A DNA stretch of 64,000 bases from the NCBI GenBank assembly GCA_044356305.1, contig JBIKWM010000002.1:132053-196052 (forward strand). The letters run 5' to 3'. A program made the translations under genes and the position numbers. Source of the stretch: Flavobacteriales bacterium (GTDB lineage Bacteria > Bacteroidota > Bacteroidia > UBA10329). Positions 37,801 through 46,014 of this stretch are shown here, one piece after another. Within the stretch, counting starts at the first letter, position 1. Each line of letters starts with the position of its first letter. Under the pieces are notes generated by a model that saw only the letters and a program-made list of their open reading frames with translations, was not told where the DNA came from and searched no databases.

Positions 37801-38015
37801 GCGAGACCGTTTATATCTATTCCGATGGGCTCTGCGACCAGTTCGGTGGGCCAAGGGGTAAGAAATTCGGGTCGAAACAGCTGCGCGAGCTGATCGCTGC
37901 CATGAACGGACAGCCCCTTGCGGCACAGCACGATGCCCTGCTCAGCGCCATCACCGCATGGAAAGGCCAAGAGCCTCAACAGGACGACATCATGATCCTC
38001 GCATTCAGACCTTGA
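34839..38015 (+). CDS. Membrane sensor: periplasmic two-component-regulator beta-propeller + Y_Y_Y domain, TM helix, cytoplasmic PP2C/SpoIIE serine phosphatase
   Basis: Repeated propeller blades (WFGT.KGL, LWVGTYGGGVARLD etc.). TM VWFYVVVAFAVMTTVVLWV. Coiled coil. SpoIIE core VGGDFYWAYT...AVAADCTGHGVAGAFMSMIG...DGLCDQFGG...QDDIMILAFR. Confidence 0.8.
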   Translation: MQRVAQPKETHNLKRSGAVSARCPDQALFIRALRNLHGIAALVAALLLAPSVTAQTYDIRTFGIDEGLPQAEVNHMIQDSRGHLVVATNGGGAALFDGSGFAVIGMAEGLPDVKVTHVAAGPDGSLWLAHPGHGLSRGTGQAPLSFSALAGLPSQQVNTLLADGDSVLWAGTFGGLCAVRGKDLRLLTKADGLPSDDIRAICRDRAGALWVGTYGGGVARLDNGTFVPFGIEAGLTDGFISDLFLARDGRMLVATASGVLVWDGQSFAPLRNAGAVRVNAMAEDAQGNIWLATPEGALMVGDLGRELLSDRNGLPHPEVLSICIDREQNIWFGTRKGLARLAHRAMAHFAPQGRPALEPSAFGRLPDGTLVLTDRTGGALRIDGNAFIPIVNDADVASHPFSSLATGADGRLWLGTSDFGGLFSISDGKVSIYSDEPGLMDNSISALVTGADSRLIIGTPGGLSYFDGDRFVPGPSDLGHITALTPTVGSDVLVGTLSGAVLHLHADRADTVHSAKVPITALVAMPDGRKAIGTDGEGVVVIGKESRFAVTEADGLTSRFVRSLVWDGRHLWAGTAKGVSRLLLGADSAQVLAITQAHGFSGSECLPGALMTDGDMLWVGTIKGVTRINKSLVGRDTVQPVVFLTSVQLLLQEVNSGAGTSALPHSLDLGHDDNHLRFSFKAISLTNPELITYRWRLVGYDVEWNEGSSGVANYPNLPHGEYVFEVVACNSDGVCTEAPVQFSFRIRPPFWKTVWFYVVVAFAVMTTVVLWVRWRERRLLALNRELEDKVDLRTRELKEQRDLVEEKNRHITEGIEYARNIQMAILPSASELDRAFSEHFVIYMPKDTVGGDFYWAYTSGTVTWAVAADCTGHGVAGAFMSMIGSDLLNQLIIEQGATSPAAVLRELDRGIKLAFAQSAKEFENDQGMDVAMVRLDRASRHITFAGAMRPLLVVGQEVNETEGDRHTISSAEHGPVAFTDRSITLAEGETVYIYSDGLCDQFGGPRGKKFGSKQLRELIAAMNGQPLAAQHDALLSAITAWKGQEPQQDDIMILAFRP

Positions 38016-38040
38016 AAAGCCGCATTACTTTCAGGCCCGC

Positions 38041-40404
38041 ATGTTCCGCCCGCTCATACTGCTCCTCTCTTTCACCGCCCTGATCGGTCAGGCATGGGCG
38101 CAGCAGGCCGAGATTGACCGGCTCAACGACCGCCTGCGGGCCGAGCTTGCCCCCAAGGGTACCAAGGCCGACACGGCCAGGGCTGAGGTGATGGTGCAAC
38201 TGGCCGAGCTCTACGTGAAGGTGGACCCCGACCGCGCACTTGACCTGTGTAAGGATGCGCTCGGTATAAGTATCCGCCACGCCAACAACCGCCTTGTGTC
38301 GCGCATCTACAACTGCACGGGCACCGTTAACCGCATCAAGGGCGACTATGAGAAGGCGATCCAGTTTCACGAACGCGCACTTGAGACTGACCGGAAGTCC
38401 GCTGACCGAATGGGCATCGCCCTGTCGCTCAACAACCTTGGCAACGCCTATCTGGGACAGGGCCGACTGAATGAGGCCAGGCAGCGCTATGCCGAATCGT
38501 TGGCCATCAGGCAGGATCTGGGCGATCAGGCTCCTATTGCCGCATCGCTCAATAACCTTGGAATGGTATACCGCAACATGGGCGACCATGACAAGGCCCT
38601 TGTCTATTACCAGAATGCCCTTAGGATATTCCAACAGCAGAATGACCAGCTCGGCACGGCCAATGCGCTGAACAACATCGGCATCGTTCAGCGCAATCAG
38701 GGAAATCTTGACCGGGCCATGGAGAGTTTCCAATCGGCACTGAAGGTGTTCGAGAAGGAGTACAATAAGGTGGGAATGGCTTTCACCCTCAACAACATTG
38801 GCAACATATACCAGCAGCAGGGCAATCAGGGGCAGGCCCTGAGCCTGTATGACCAATCGTTGAAGCTCAGTGAGGAGCTGGGCGACCGCGCCTCGGCTGC
38901 GGGCAAGTACAACAACATGGGGGCCGTTTATCACGACAAGGGCGATATGAGTTCGGCCCTCGATATGACCCAACGGGCTCTGCGCATACAACGGGAGCTG
39001 GGCGACCAGAGCGGTCAGGCCAACACGCTTAACAATCTGGGGGCCTATTACCGCGAACAGGGCGATGCCGACCGCGCGCTGGAGAGTTTCCTTGAGGCAG
39101 AGCGCATACAGAGGCGCACAGGCGACAACAACTACACCGTGGAGACCCTCACTTCCATTGGCGAACTGTATAGCAAGAAGGGCGAAGGCGGCAAGGGCCT
39201 CCGCTACCTCGAAGGGGCCATGGAGGCTGCCAAAGAGAAGCGGTCAGGACAAGAGCTGCAGCGTGTATACACCGCCATGAGCGAGGCCTATGCGCAGGCA
39301 GGCGACTTTGAACGCAGCTATAGGTACCAAAAACTCAATGCCAATCTCAAAGACTCGCTCGAAAGGACAGTGAATGTGCGCCAATTGGCAGAGATGCAGG
39401 CCAAATTTGAGACCGAGCGCAAACAGCGCGAGATAGACCAGCTGAACCGCGACCGCGAGGTGAAGGACCTTGTCATGGGCCGCCAGCGCATGGTGCGTAA
39501 CCTGATGATCGTGTTGGCGGTGCTGATAATGGCGCTGGCCGTGGTGCTGTTTCAGCGCTACAGGGCCAAGCAGCGGGCCAATGAGGAACTGGGGCGGAAA
39601 AACGAGGAGATAGAGGCCCAACGCTCCATCCTGAAAGAGAAGAACGAGGAGATAACCGATAGCATTGAGTACGCCAAGCGCATTCAGGATGCCATCCTGC
39701 CATCACTTGATGAGGTGACGCGGGTGCTGCCCCAGAGTTTCATCTATTTCCGCCCAAAGGCCATTGTTAGTGGCGATTTCTATTGGTTCAATGAGGTGAA
39801 CGGAACTGCTTTCCTCGCAGCCGTTGACTGTACCGGCCACGGGGTGCCCGGGGCTTTTATGAGTATGATAGGCAACGACCACCTCAACCAGGTGGTTCTG
39901 GTAGAGGGGTGCAAACGCCCCGATGAGATCCTCAACCGCCTGCATGCCGAGGTGCAGCACACCCTGCGCCAGCGCCACGGCCTCACTGAGACCCACGTGG
40001 GCATGGACATTGCCCTTTGCGCCATTGACCTTGAGAGCGGACTTCTGCAATTTGCCGCTGCCAATAGGTATCTGATGCTTTTCCGTGGAGAGGAACTCAC
40101 CGAACTGAAGGGCGACCATCTCAATGTGGGCGGCATCATGCACGAGGATGTGCGCAACTATACACTCCACGAGCTTCAACTCAACCCGGGCGACTGCCTT
40201 TATATGTTCAGCGATGGAGTCACTGATCAGTTCGGTGGACCAGACGACCGCAAGTTCGGTTACCGCAGATTGCGCGAGATGCTGCGCGACATACGCCACC
40301 TGCCCATGCAGGATCAGCGCGCCACTGTTGAACGCGGTCTGCTCTCATGGATGGGCCAACGTGACCAGATTGATGATTTCGTACTGATCGGGGTGCGGGT
40401 GTGA
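38041..40404 (+). CDS. Membrane sensor: TPR-repeat periplasmic domain, TM helix, PP2C/SpoIIE serine phosphatase
   Basis: Signal peptide MFRPLILLLSFTALIGQAWAQ. ~9 TPRs (LNNLGNAYLGQGRLNEA...). TM LMIVLAVLIMALAVVLF. SpoIIE core SGDFYWFNEV...AAVDCTGHGVPGAFMSMIGN...DGVTDQFGG...DDFVLIGVRV. Confidence 0.8.
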   Translation: MFRPLILLLSFTALIGQAWAQQAEIDRLNDRLRAELAPKGTKADTARAEVMVQLAELYVKVDPDRALDLCKDALGISIRHANNRLVSRIYNCTGTVNRIKGDYEKAIQFHERALETDRKSADRMGIALSLNNLGNAYLGQGRLNEARQRYAESLAIRQDLGDQAPIAASLNNLGMVYRNMGDHDKALVYYQNALRIFQQQNDQLGTANALNNIGIVQRNQGNLDRAMESFQSALKVFEKEYNKVGMAFTLNNIGNIYQQQGNQGQALSLYDQSLKLSEELGDRASAAGKYNNMGAVYHDKGDMSSALDMTQRALRIQRELGDQSGQANTLNNLGAYYREQGDADRALESFLEAERIQRRTGDNNYTVETLTSIGELYSKKGEGGKGLRYLEGAMEAAKEKRSGQELQRVYTAMSEAYAQAGDFERSYRYQKLNANLKDSLERTVNVRQLAEMQAKFETERKQREIDQLNRDREVKDLVMGRQRMVRNLMIVLAVLIMALAVVLFQRYRAKQRANEELGRKNEEIEAQRSILKEKNEEITDSIEYAKRIQDAILPSLDEVTRVLPQSFIYFRPKAIVSGDFYWFNEVNGTAFLAAVDCTGHGVPGAFMSMIGNDHLNQVVLVEGCKRPDEILNRLHAEVQHTLRQRHGLTETHVGMDIALCAIDLESGLLQFAAANRYLMLFRGEELTELKGDHLNVGGIMHEDVRNYTLHELQLNPGDCLYMFSDGVTDQFGGPDDRKFGYRRLREMLRDIRHLPMQDQRATVERGLLSWMGQRDQIDDFVLIGVRV

Positions 40405-40421
40405 TGGCACATCACATGGAC

Positions 40422-40453
40422 CGGAAAAAAGAAAACCCCGCCAAATGACGGGG
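40422..40453 (-). terminator. Intrinsic terminator downstream of tRNA-Cys (possibly bidirectional)
   Basis: Hairpin ccccg-ccaaatga-cgggg 40436-40453. On the minus strand it is followed by ttttcttttttcc. Confidence 0.5.
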
Positions 40454-40461
40454 TCTCTTAC

Positions 40462-40535
40462 TGGAGGTCACGAGCGGATTTGAACCGCTGTACGAGGTTT
40501 TGCAGACCTCTGCCTAACCGCTCGGCCACGTGACC
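40462..40535 (-). tRNA. tRNA-Cys (anticodon GCA)
   Basis: Reverse complement GGTCACGTGGCCGAGCGGTTAGGCAGAGGTCTGCAAAACCTCGTACAGCGGTTCAAATCCGCTCGTGACCTCCA. 7-bp acceptor stem, D-arm GCCGAGCGGTTAGGC, anticodon loop CTGCAAA, T-arm GGTTCAAATCC, U73 discriminator, encoded CCA. Confidence 0.85.
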
Positions 40536-40569
40536 GTTAGGGCGGCCAAAAGTAATCAAACTGCGCTGA

Positions 40570-40932
40570 TCAGGGCCTTGCCCATGTCCATTCCACCACA
40601 CTGCTCTCTAAAGGGCCATTGACAGGGGGCGAGAATTTGGTGAGCCGCACCGATATCACCTCCGCCTGACCAAAGGTGGCAACCAAGGATCCAACTATCC
40701 TATTCGCCACATTCTCAATAAGTTTAGCTCTAACTGCCATTTCGGCCCGTACCACCTCAACCACGCGCACGTAGTCAATGGCGTGCTCCAGTTCATCTGT
40801 TGATGCGGCCATGTCCATATCCACTGAGAAGCGCACATCGATGCGATAACGGCCACCGATCACCGCCTCTTCGGAAAGGCAGCCATGGTAAGCCCACAGC
40901 TCTATGCCGTTCACCTCGAGGGTCTGGGTCAT
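40570..40932 (-). CDS. folB: Dihydroneopterin aldolase
   Basis: 120 aa with GIELWAYHGCLSEEAVIGGRYRIDVRF typical of FolB. Confidence 0.75.
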   Translation of the reverse strand: MTQTLEVNGIELWAYHGCLSEEAVIGGRYRIDVRFSVDMDMAASTDELEHAIDYVRVVEVVRAEMAVRAKLIENVANRIVGSLVATFGQAEVISVRLTKFSPPVNGPLESSVVEWTWARP

Positions 40933-42455
40933 GGCAGTTTTGACAATGCTAGGGCTATCCGCTCAACGGTCTCGTCATGGCCCAATAGCACCAGCACCTC
41001 AAAAAGCACCGGCCCTCCCGCCTGCCCGGTGGTGAGTACGCGGAAAAGCTGCATCACCTGACCCGGTTTCATGCCAACGGCCCCTGCTGTGGCGTTGAAA
41101 CACTCCTCTATGGCAGCACCGTTCCATTCGCAGGTGCATAGGGCTGTATGCAGTTTCTCGAAGAATGACTTCGCCTCCGGATTCCAGCGTTTGCCTATCA
41201 CCCCCTCATCATACTCGGCAGGGCGCTCAAAAAAGAATGTGCTCAAGCCCCAGAACTCGTTGGCAAAGTGCGCTTTCTCCTTGACAAGGGCACAGATACT
41301 GGCGGCCCGGTCTTTATCGATGCTGTGCCCGTTAGCTGCCACTTGCGCCATATAGCCGGTGGCCAGCTCTGCCTCAGGGCGCTGACGCAGATACTGCTGA
41401 TTGAACCACTTGGCCTTCTCTGGGTCAAACTTGGCTCCCGACTTGCCCACGCGCTCCAACGAAAATGCATCGACCAGTTCATCGAGCGAGAATATCTCCT
41501 GATTGGTGCCAGGGTTCCAGCCCAACAATGCGAGCATGTTCACAAATGCCTCCGGGTAATAGTCGCGCTCGCGGTATCCGCTGCTCTGTTCGCCCGTGTG
41601 CGGGTCTTTCCAATTGAGAGGGAAGACCGGGAAACCGAGCCTGTCGCCATCCCGTTTGCTCAGTTTTCCGTTTCCATCTGGCCGCAACAGCAGAGGCAGG
41701 TGGGCAAACTGCGGCATGGTGGCCTCCCAACCCAGGTAGCGGTAAAGCAGCACATGCAGCGGGGCCGATGGTAGCCATTCCTCACCCCGTATTACATGGG
41801 TTATCTCCATAAGATGGTCGTCAACAATGTTGGCCAGGTGATAGGTGGGCATGCCATCGCTCTTAAACAACACCTTATCGTCCATCTGTGCGGTCTGCAC
41901 CACCACCCAACCCCGTATCAGATCGTGCACGCGCACCTCTTCCTTGCGCGGAATCTTTATCCGTATCACATAAGGATCTCCGCTATCGATGCGTCTGCGC
42001 ACCTCATCCTCGCTCAGTGTGAGGCTGTTGCGCATCGTCTGCCGGGTCACCGCGTTGTACTGTGGGCTGGCCACCTTGGCGCGGGTCAGGCGTTCGCGCA
42101 TCTCCTCCAACTCCTCGGGTGTGTCAAAGGCATAGTAGGCATGGCCTGCGGCAATCAGCTGCTCGGCATATTGGCGGTACATGGGTTTGCGCTCGCTCTG
42201 GCGATAGGGGCCGTACGGGCCACCCACCCAAGGGCTCTCAACCGGGCTGATGCCACACCACTCCAAAGCTTCGCGTATGTAGTCCTCGGCTCCGGGCACA
42301 AAACGGCCCTGATCGGTATCTTCAATGCGGAGCACGAAATCGCCACCGTTCTTCTTGGCAAACAGATAGTTGTACAGCGCGGTTCGCACACCGCCCATGT
42401 GCAACGGGCCTGTGGGGCTGGGTGCAAAGCGCACGCGGACACGTCTCTCGGTCAT
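40929..42455 (-). CDS. gltX: Glutamate--tRNA ligase
   Basis: RVRFAPSPTGPLHMGG (HIGH-type motif), KLSKR (KMSKS). 508 aa. Confidence 0.9.
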   Translation of the reverse strand: MTERRVRVRFAPSPTGPLHMGGVRTALYNYLFAKKNGGDFVLRIEDTDQGRFVPGAEDYIREALEWCGISPVESPWVGGPYGPYRQSERKPMYRQYAEQLIAAGHAYYAFDTPEELEEMRERLTRAKVASPQYNAVTRQTMRNSLTLSEDEVRRRIDSGDPYVIRIKIPRKEEVRVHDLIRGWVVVQTAQMDDKVLFKSDGMPTYHLANIVDDHLMEITHVIRGEEWLPSAPLHVLLYRYLGWEATMPQFAHLPLLLRPDGNGKLSKRDGDRLGFPVFPLNWKDPHTGEQSSGYRERDYYPEAFVNMLALLGWNPGTNQEIFSLDELVDAFSLERVGKSGAKFDPEKAKWFNQQYLRQRPEAELATGYMAQVAANGHSIDKDRAASICALVKEKAHFANEFWGLSTFFFERPAEYDEGVIGKRWNPEAKSFFEKLHTALCTCEWNGAAIEECFNATAGAVGMKPGQVMQLFRVLTTGQAGGPVLFEVLVLLGHDETVERIALALSKLP

Positions 42456-42528
42456 GGTATCGGGTTAATGAAAAGGGGGGGCAAATGTAGAAGGGGCCAC
42501 CCAAGGGAGGCAGGGCCTCGGCCCAGCT

Positions 42529-43398
42529 TCACCAATCGTAAGTGACGCCCAGCCCGAATTCGGGCCCGATGGCCACTCTGCGGCCGTAGCGGGCCATGAT
42601 CTGCGCATTGATGCCAAGACCCTTGAAACGCTGCTCGAAGCGCATACCGAACTCGGCATACTGCGCCCCATTGGCAAAAAGACCTGTGTGCATCGCCCGC
42701 TCGTAAGTGTAACCGAGCGTGTCGGTTACAGTCTGGTTGACAGCGGGGTCCACTTTTGTGATCGGCAACCTGCCACCAACAAGGACAGCGATGTGGGTCT
42801 TCTTGTTCCACGACACATCTAACACGTAGCGGATGTCAAGGTCACCTGTGTAGCCTTTGAAACGGATACGGTAACCGCCATCGATCCAACTTTCTATCAT
42901 TCCCTTTCGGTAGCCCAGCCTCAGACCAGGATGTATCACAAAGGTCGATGGGCCCGAGCGCAGAGCTGTCACAGAGTCAGTAGTGGGCACATTCGCCTCT
43001 CCGTTTAAGAAGAAACTCAGCCCGAAAGGTCTATTTACAAGATTGTAATTGACGCCCAGCATGATATTGGCAAGACCGAACACCTCGCCCTGAGCCAATG
43101 TGTCAGGGAAATAGGGCGCTGCCTGTATGGCGCTGCCTGTGCCCGCCCACGTCAAGGGCACCGAGCCCATGAAAGTCAGCCGGTCGGTAAGTCCGTATCG
43201 ACCATTTAGGTAGATGTTGACCTGATTCACCTTGCGGTGCAGCGCAACAGTGCTGCCATCGGCCCCTAATATGCTCCCATATCCCAGATAACTGAACCCT
43301 GCACCGACACGTCCACCTCCCTTGCGCACGGGCCACGGTTCCTGTGCCTGAGCCACAAAGCCGAATGAAATGAGGCAGAACAGTACAACCGCTCGCAT
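42529..43398 (-). CDS. Hypothetical outer-membrane beta-barrel protein
   Basis: Start at MRAVVLFCLISFGFVAQAQE. Alternating amphipathic beta-strands. C-terminal GVTYDW aromatic terminus. Confidence 0.5.
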   Translation of the reverse strand: MRAVVLFCLISFGFVAQAQEPWPVRKGGGRVGAGFSYLGYGSILGADGSTVALHRKVNQVNIYLNGRYGLTDRLTFMGSVPLTWAGTGSAIQAAPYFPDTLAQGEVFGLANIMLGVNYNLVNRPFGLSFFLNGEANVPTTDSVTALRSGPSTFVIHPGLRLGYRKGMIESWIDGGYRIRFKGYTGDLDIRYVLDVSWNKKTHIAVLVGGRLPITKVDPAVNQTVTDTLGYTYERAMHTGLFANGAQYAEFGMRFEQRFKGLGINAQIMARYGRRVAIGPEFGLGVTYDW

Positions 43399-43455
43399 GG
43401 CACAAATGTATCGGCTGCCGGTCGGGCTGTAAGAGCGGGTCAGCGAACCCATGTA

Positions 43456-44067
43456 TCAGTAAGACATCATCTTACTGATCTTATTCATGTGGCTCAATTT
43501 CTCGAAGAAACGCCCCAGATTGCCGGCCACCATGATGTGGTGCGAGTTGTAGCCCAACTCGCCCGCCATATTGAAATGGAACATATAGCGAATGGTGATG
43601 GAGGAGTTCTTGATGAACCAGGAACGGGCGGCCGCACTGAAAACGATGCCGTGGCCAAAGCCCTTGTCGGTGTACTCGCCACCATATCCGGCCGCGACAC
43701 CCAAACCGATGGGCTGAAAGAACCGTTTGGTGCTGTAATGACCGAAGCTGCCTTCAATGAGCACAGGAAAATGGCCATAGAAAAAGGTAGAGGGCAAGAA
43801 ACTGGTCTCGATGTGAGCCCCGACAGTCAGTGGCACATCGACCGCGAATGAGAAATCGGGGCCGATCTCTACGAAGGTGAACATGGGGTTGTAGTATGCC
43901 CCGAACGCGGGCGAAACGCCATCTTTCAGCGGATTATGGATAAGCACGATGCTCACACCCACCTCGTTGCGGAAACGGTCTGAAAATTCCAGTTTCCTTT
44001 TGCCCTGGGCTGACGCACTATTGCATATCAGCAGCAACAGGGCTAAGACCATCAGGCGTTGTCTCAT
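43456..44067 (-). CDS. Hypothetical outer-membrane beta-barrel protein (PorT/OmpA-like fold)
   Basis: Start at MRQRLMVLALLLLICNSASAQ. Gly/aromatic-rich strands (GVAAGYGGEY, GHGIVFSAAARSWF). Confidence 0.45.
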   Translation of the reverse strand: MRQRLMVLALLLLICNSASAQGKRKLEFSDRFRNEVGVSIVLIHNPLKDGVSPAFGAYYNPMFTFVEIGPDFSFAVDVPLTVGAHIETSFLPSTFFYGHFPVLIEGSFGHYSTKRFFQPIGLGVAAGYGGEYTDKGFGHGIVFSAAARSWFIKNSSITIRYMFHFNMAGELGYNSHHIMVAGNLGRFFEKLSHMNKISKMMSY

Positions 44068-44180
44068 TGGGCGTGGCTTCATCGATGAACGACCGCGTGT
44101 AACGGATTTTGTGCAAACATGTTTCCGCAAATCGCTGTTGTCGCGCTTCAAAGCCTAACGCCCTTATTTTGCACCTTGCC

Positions 44181-44948
44181 ATGGATGCCTTCTTTCTGAT
44201 AAAAAAGCTGAATTTCCTCCTTCAGCCATGGATCTGGATTCTTGGTCTGATTGTGGCTGCACTACTTGTGCGCGACCAGCGGAAAAGCCGTAGAATCTTG
44301 GCCCTGACATTGGCTATGGCAATCTTTCTTAGCAACAACTTCATTGTGGACGAGCTGCTGCGTGCTTGGGAAGTGCCCGTGCATCCTACTTCAGAATATC
44401 GGAATAAGGTGCAGACCGCCATTTTGTTAGGTGGCGGTCTATCCTATGACAAAGACGTGGACCGGGTCAACTATGGAACCAATGCCGACCGGTACATTCA
44501 GGTGTTAGAGCCATTGCGAAATGGTCTTGCAAAACGGGTGGTGGTGAGCGGTGGTGCTGCAAACCTGCTCGAGCCATGGACCTTCGAGGCAGAGATGTTG
44601 CGCAGGTTCCTGATCAATGCCGGCATAGACAGCTCCCGAATACTCACGGAGCGCAACAGCCGTACCACACACGAGAATGCTGTCTATTGCAAGGCACTGC
44701 TCGATAGTATAGAACCGGGCGGCTCATTTCTGCTGGTCACATCAGCCGTTCACATGCGCAGGGCCATGGCGTGTTTCAGCGCCCAGGGCCTCAATGTGCG
44801 GCCCTACACTGTACAGAAGATGGTTGGCCACCGCAGGTATGATTTATCCTATCTGCTGGTGCCGAGCATGGCCGCCATAGGCCGTTGGGAGCAGCTGATG
44901 CACGAGCTTTTCGGCTATGCATACTACTTCGCCACAGGCCGCGTCTGA
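44181..44948 (+). CDS. YdcF/ElyC family (DUF218) protein
   Basis: TM anchor, then DUF218 core AILLGGGLS...RVVVSGGAANLLEPWTFEAEMLRRFL...LLVTSAVHMRRA. Confidence 0.65.
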   Translation: MDAFFLIKKLNFLLQPWIWILGLIVAALLVRDQRKSRRILALTLAMAIFLSNNFIVDELLRAWEVPVHPTSEYRNKVQTAILLGGGLSYDKDVDRVNYGTNADRYIQVLEPLRNGLAKRVVVSGGAANLLEPWTFEAEMLRRFLINAGIDSSRILTERNSRTTHENAVYCKALLDSIEPGGSFLLVTSAVHMRRAMACFSAQGLNVRPYTVQKMVGHRRYDLSYLLVPSMAAIGRWEQLMHELFGYAYYFATGRV

Positions 44949-45098
44949 TCAGACAATTCGGGGGGTTCATCGATCACTCATAAGGGTTCAGATGGATTGT
45001 CCGCACCTCTATCAGGACTTAAAGCATTGATGATCAGCAACTACGGGTGTTGGGTGGGTGGCAACAGCACACTAAGCACAAAAAGCAGCCTGTGGCCC

Positions 45099-45130
45099 TT
45101 GCAGGTGTGGTGAATTTTTCCTTAATTTTG
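45099..45130 (+). promoter_or_regulatory. Bacteroidota sigma-A-type promoter (-33 TTG / -7 TAATTTTG) for glycogen-synthase-like gene
   Basis: TAATTTTG (TAnnTTTG consensus) at 45123-45130, 28 bp upstream of ATG 45159. cTTG at 45098-45101 with ~21-bp spacing. Confidence 0.35.
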
Positions 45131-45158
45131 CATGTTCTTAACCAAACCCACAGGCCAA

Positions 45159-45989
45159 ATGACGCGTAAAGAAAGAGTCCTGTTCATATCTCAAGAAATA
45201 ACCCCATACCTGCCAGAGAGCCACATTGGGAAGATCGGACGTCAATTGCCGCAGGGAATCCAAGAGCGGGGGAGAGAGATTAGGACCTTCATGCCGCGTT
45301 TCGGCTGTGTTAATGAAAGGAGAAATCAGCTGCACGAAGTGATTAGGCTGAGCGGTATGAACCTGATCATTGACGACAATGACCATCCACTTATCATCAA
45401 GGTGGCGAGCATTCAAAGTGCGCGAATGCAGGTGTATTTCATTGACAATGATGAGTATTTCCTGCGCAAGTTCACCACACACGATAAGGATAACAAGGTG
45501 TTCAAAGACAACGATGAGCGTCTCATCTTCTTCTGTCGCGGTGTTATCGAGACCGTAAAGAAGCTGAACTGGACTCCTGATGTGATTCATTGCCACGGTT
45601 GGATGACTTCGCTGATACCACTGCTCATCAAGAAAGTGTATCACGAGGATCCTGTGTTTGAGAATGCACGCGTGGTATATTCAGTCTATAACGATGGGTT
45701 CAAGGGTTCTCTCGACAAGAAACTGGCCTCGAAACTGCGCATGGACGGGATGAGCGAAGAGGATCTGGCCATGTTCACAGAGCCCACACATGCAGGTCTC
45801 ACTGGGGCTGCATTACGCTATGCCGATGCGGTGGTGAAAGGAGATGAGACCCTTGACCCGAAATTGGCCGAACTGCTCACCACCTTTGACGGCCCGTTAC
45901 TGGGTTCTCACGATCAGGAAAACTACGTTGATGCGTATTCTTCTTTCTATGACGAGGTCTTGGCCACTGAAGGCCTGCTTGCTGAATAA
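45159..45989 (+). CDS. Glycogen/starch synthase-like GT5 N-terminal-domain protein (short form)
   Basis: Start MTRKERVLFISQEITPY (typical glycogen synthase N-terminus). HCHGWMTSL motif. ~275 aa lacking the C-terminal GT1 domain. Confidence 0.65.
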   Translation: MTRKERVLFISQEITPYLPESHIGKIGRQLPQGIQERGREIRTFMPRFGCVNERRNQLHEVIRLSGMNLIIDDNDHPLIIKVASIQSARMQVYFIDNDEYFLRKFTTHDKDNKVFKDNDERLIFFCRGVIETVKKLNWTPDVIHCHGWMTSLIPLLIKKVYHEDPVFENARVVYSVYNDGFKGSLDKKLASKLRMDGMSEEDLAMFTEPTHAGLTGAALRYADAVVKGDETLDPKLAELLTTFDGPLLGSHDQENYVDAYSSFYDEVLATEGLLAE

Positions 45990-46014
45990 CTGCCTCGGTT
46001 TCCCATTTGTTGGA

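Noticed and set aside
35394-37979. Several long minus-strand ORFs (213, 218, 186, 180, 384 aa) antisense to the sensor-phosphatase gene
   Set aside because: Typical high-GC antisense ORFs. The plus-strand gene has coherent domain architecture along its whole length.
32029-40461. Whole segment as a tRNA-Cys-integrated genomic island
   Set aside because: No integrase, no att direct repeat found by eye, and the sensor genes have host-like GC. Only the 32.2-33.4 kb gene is compositionally foreign.
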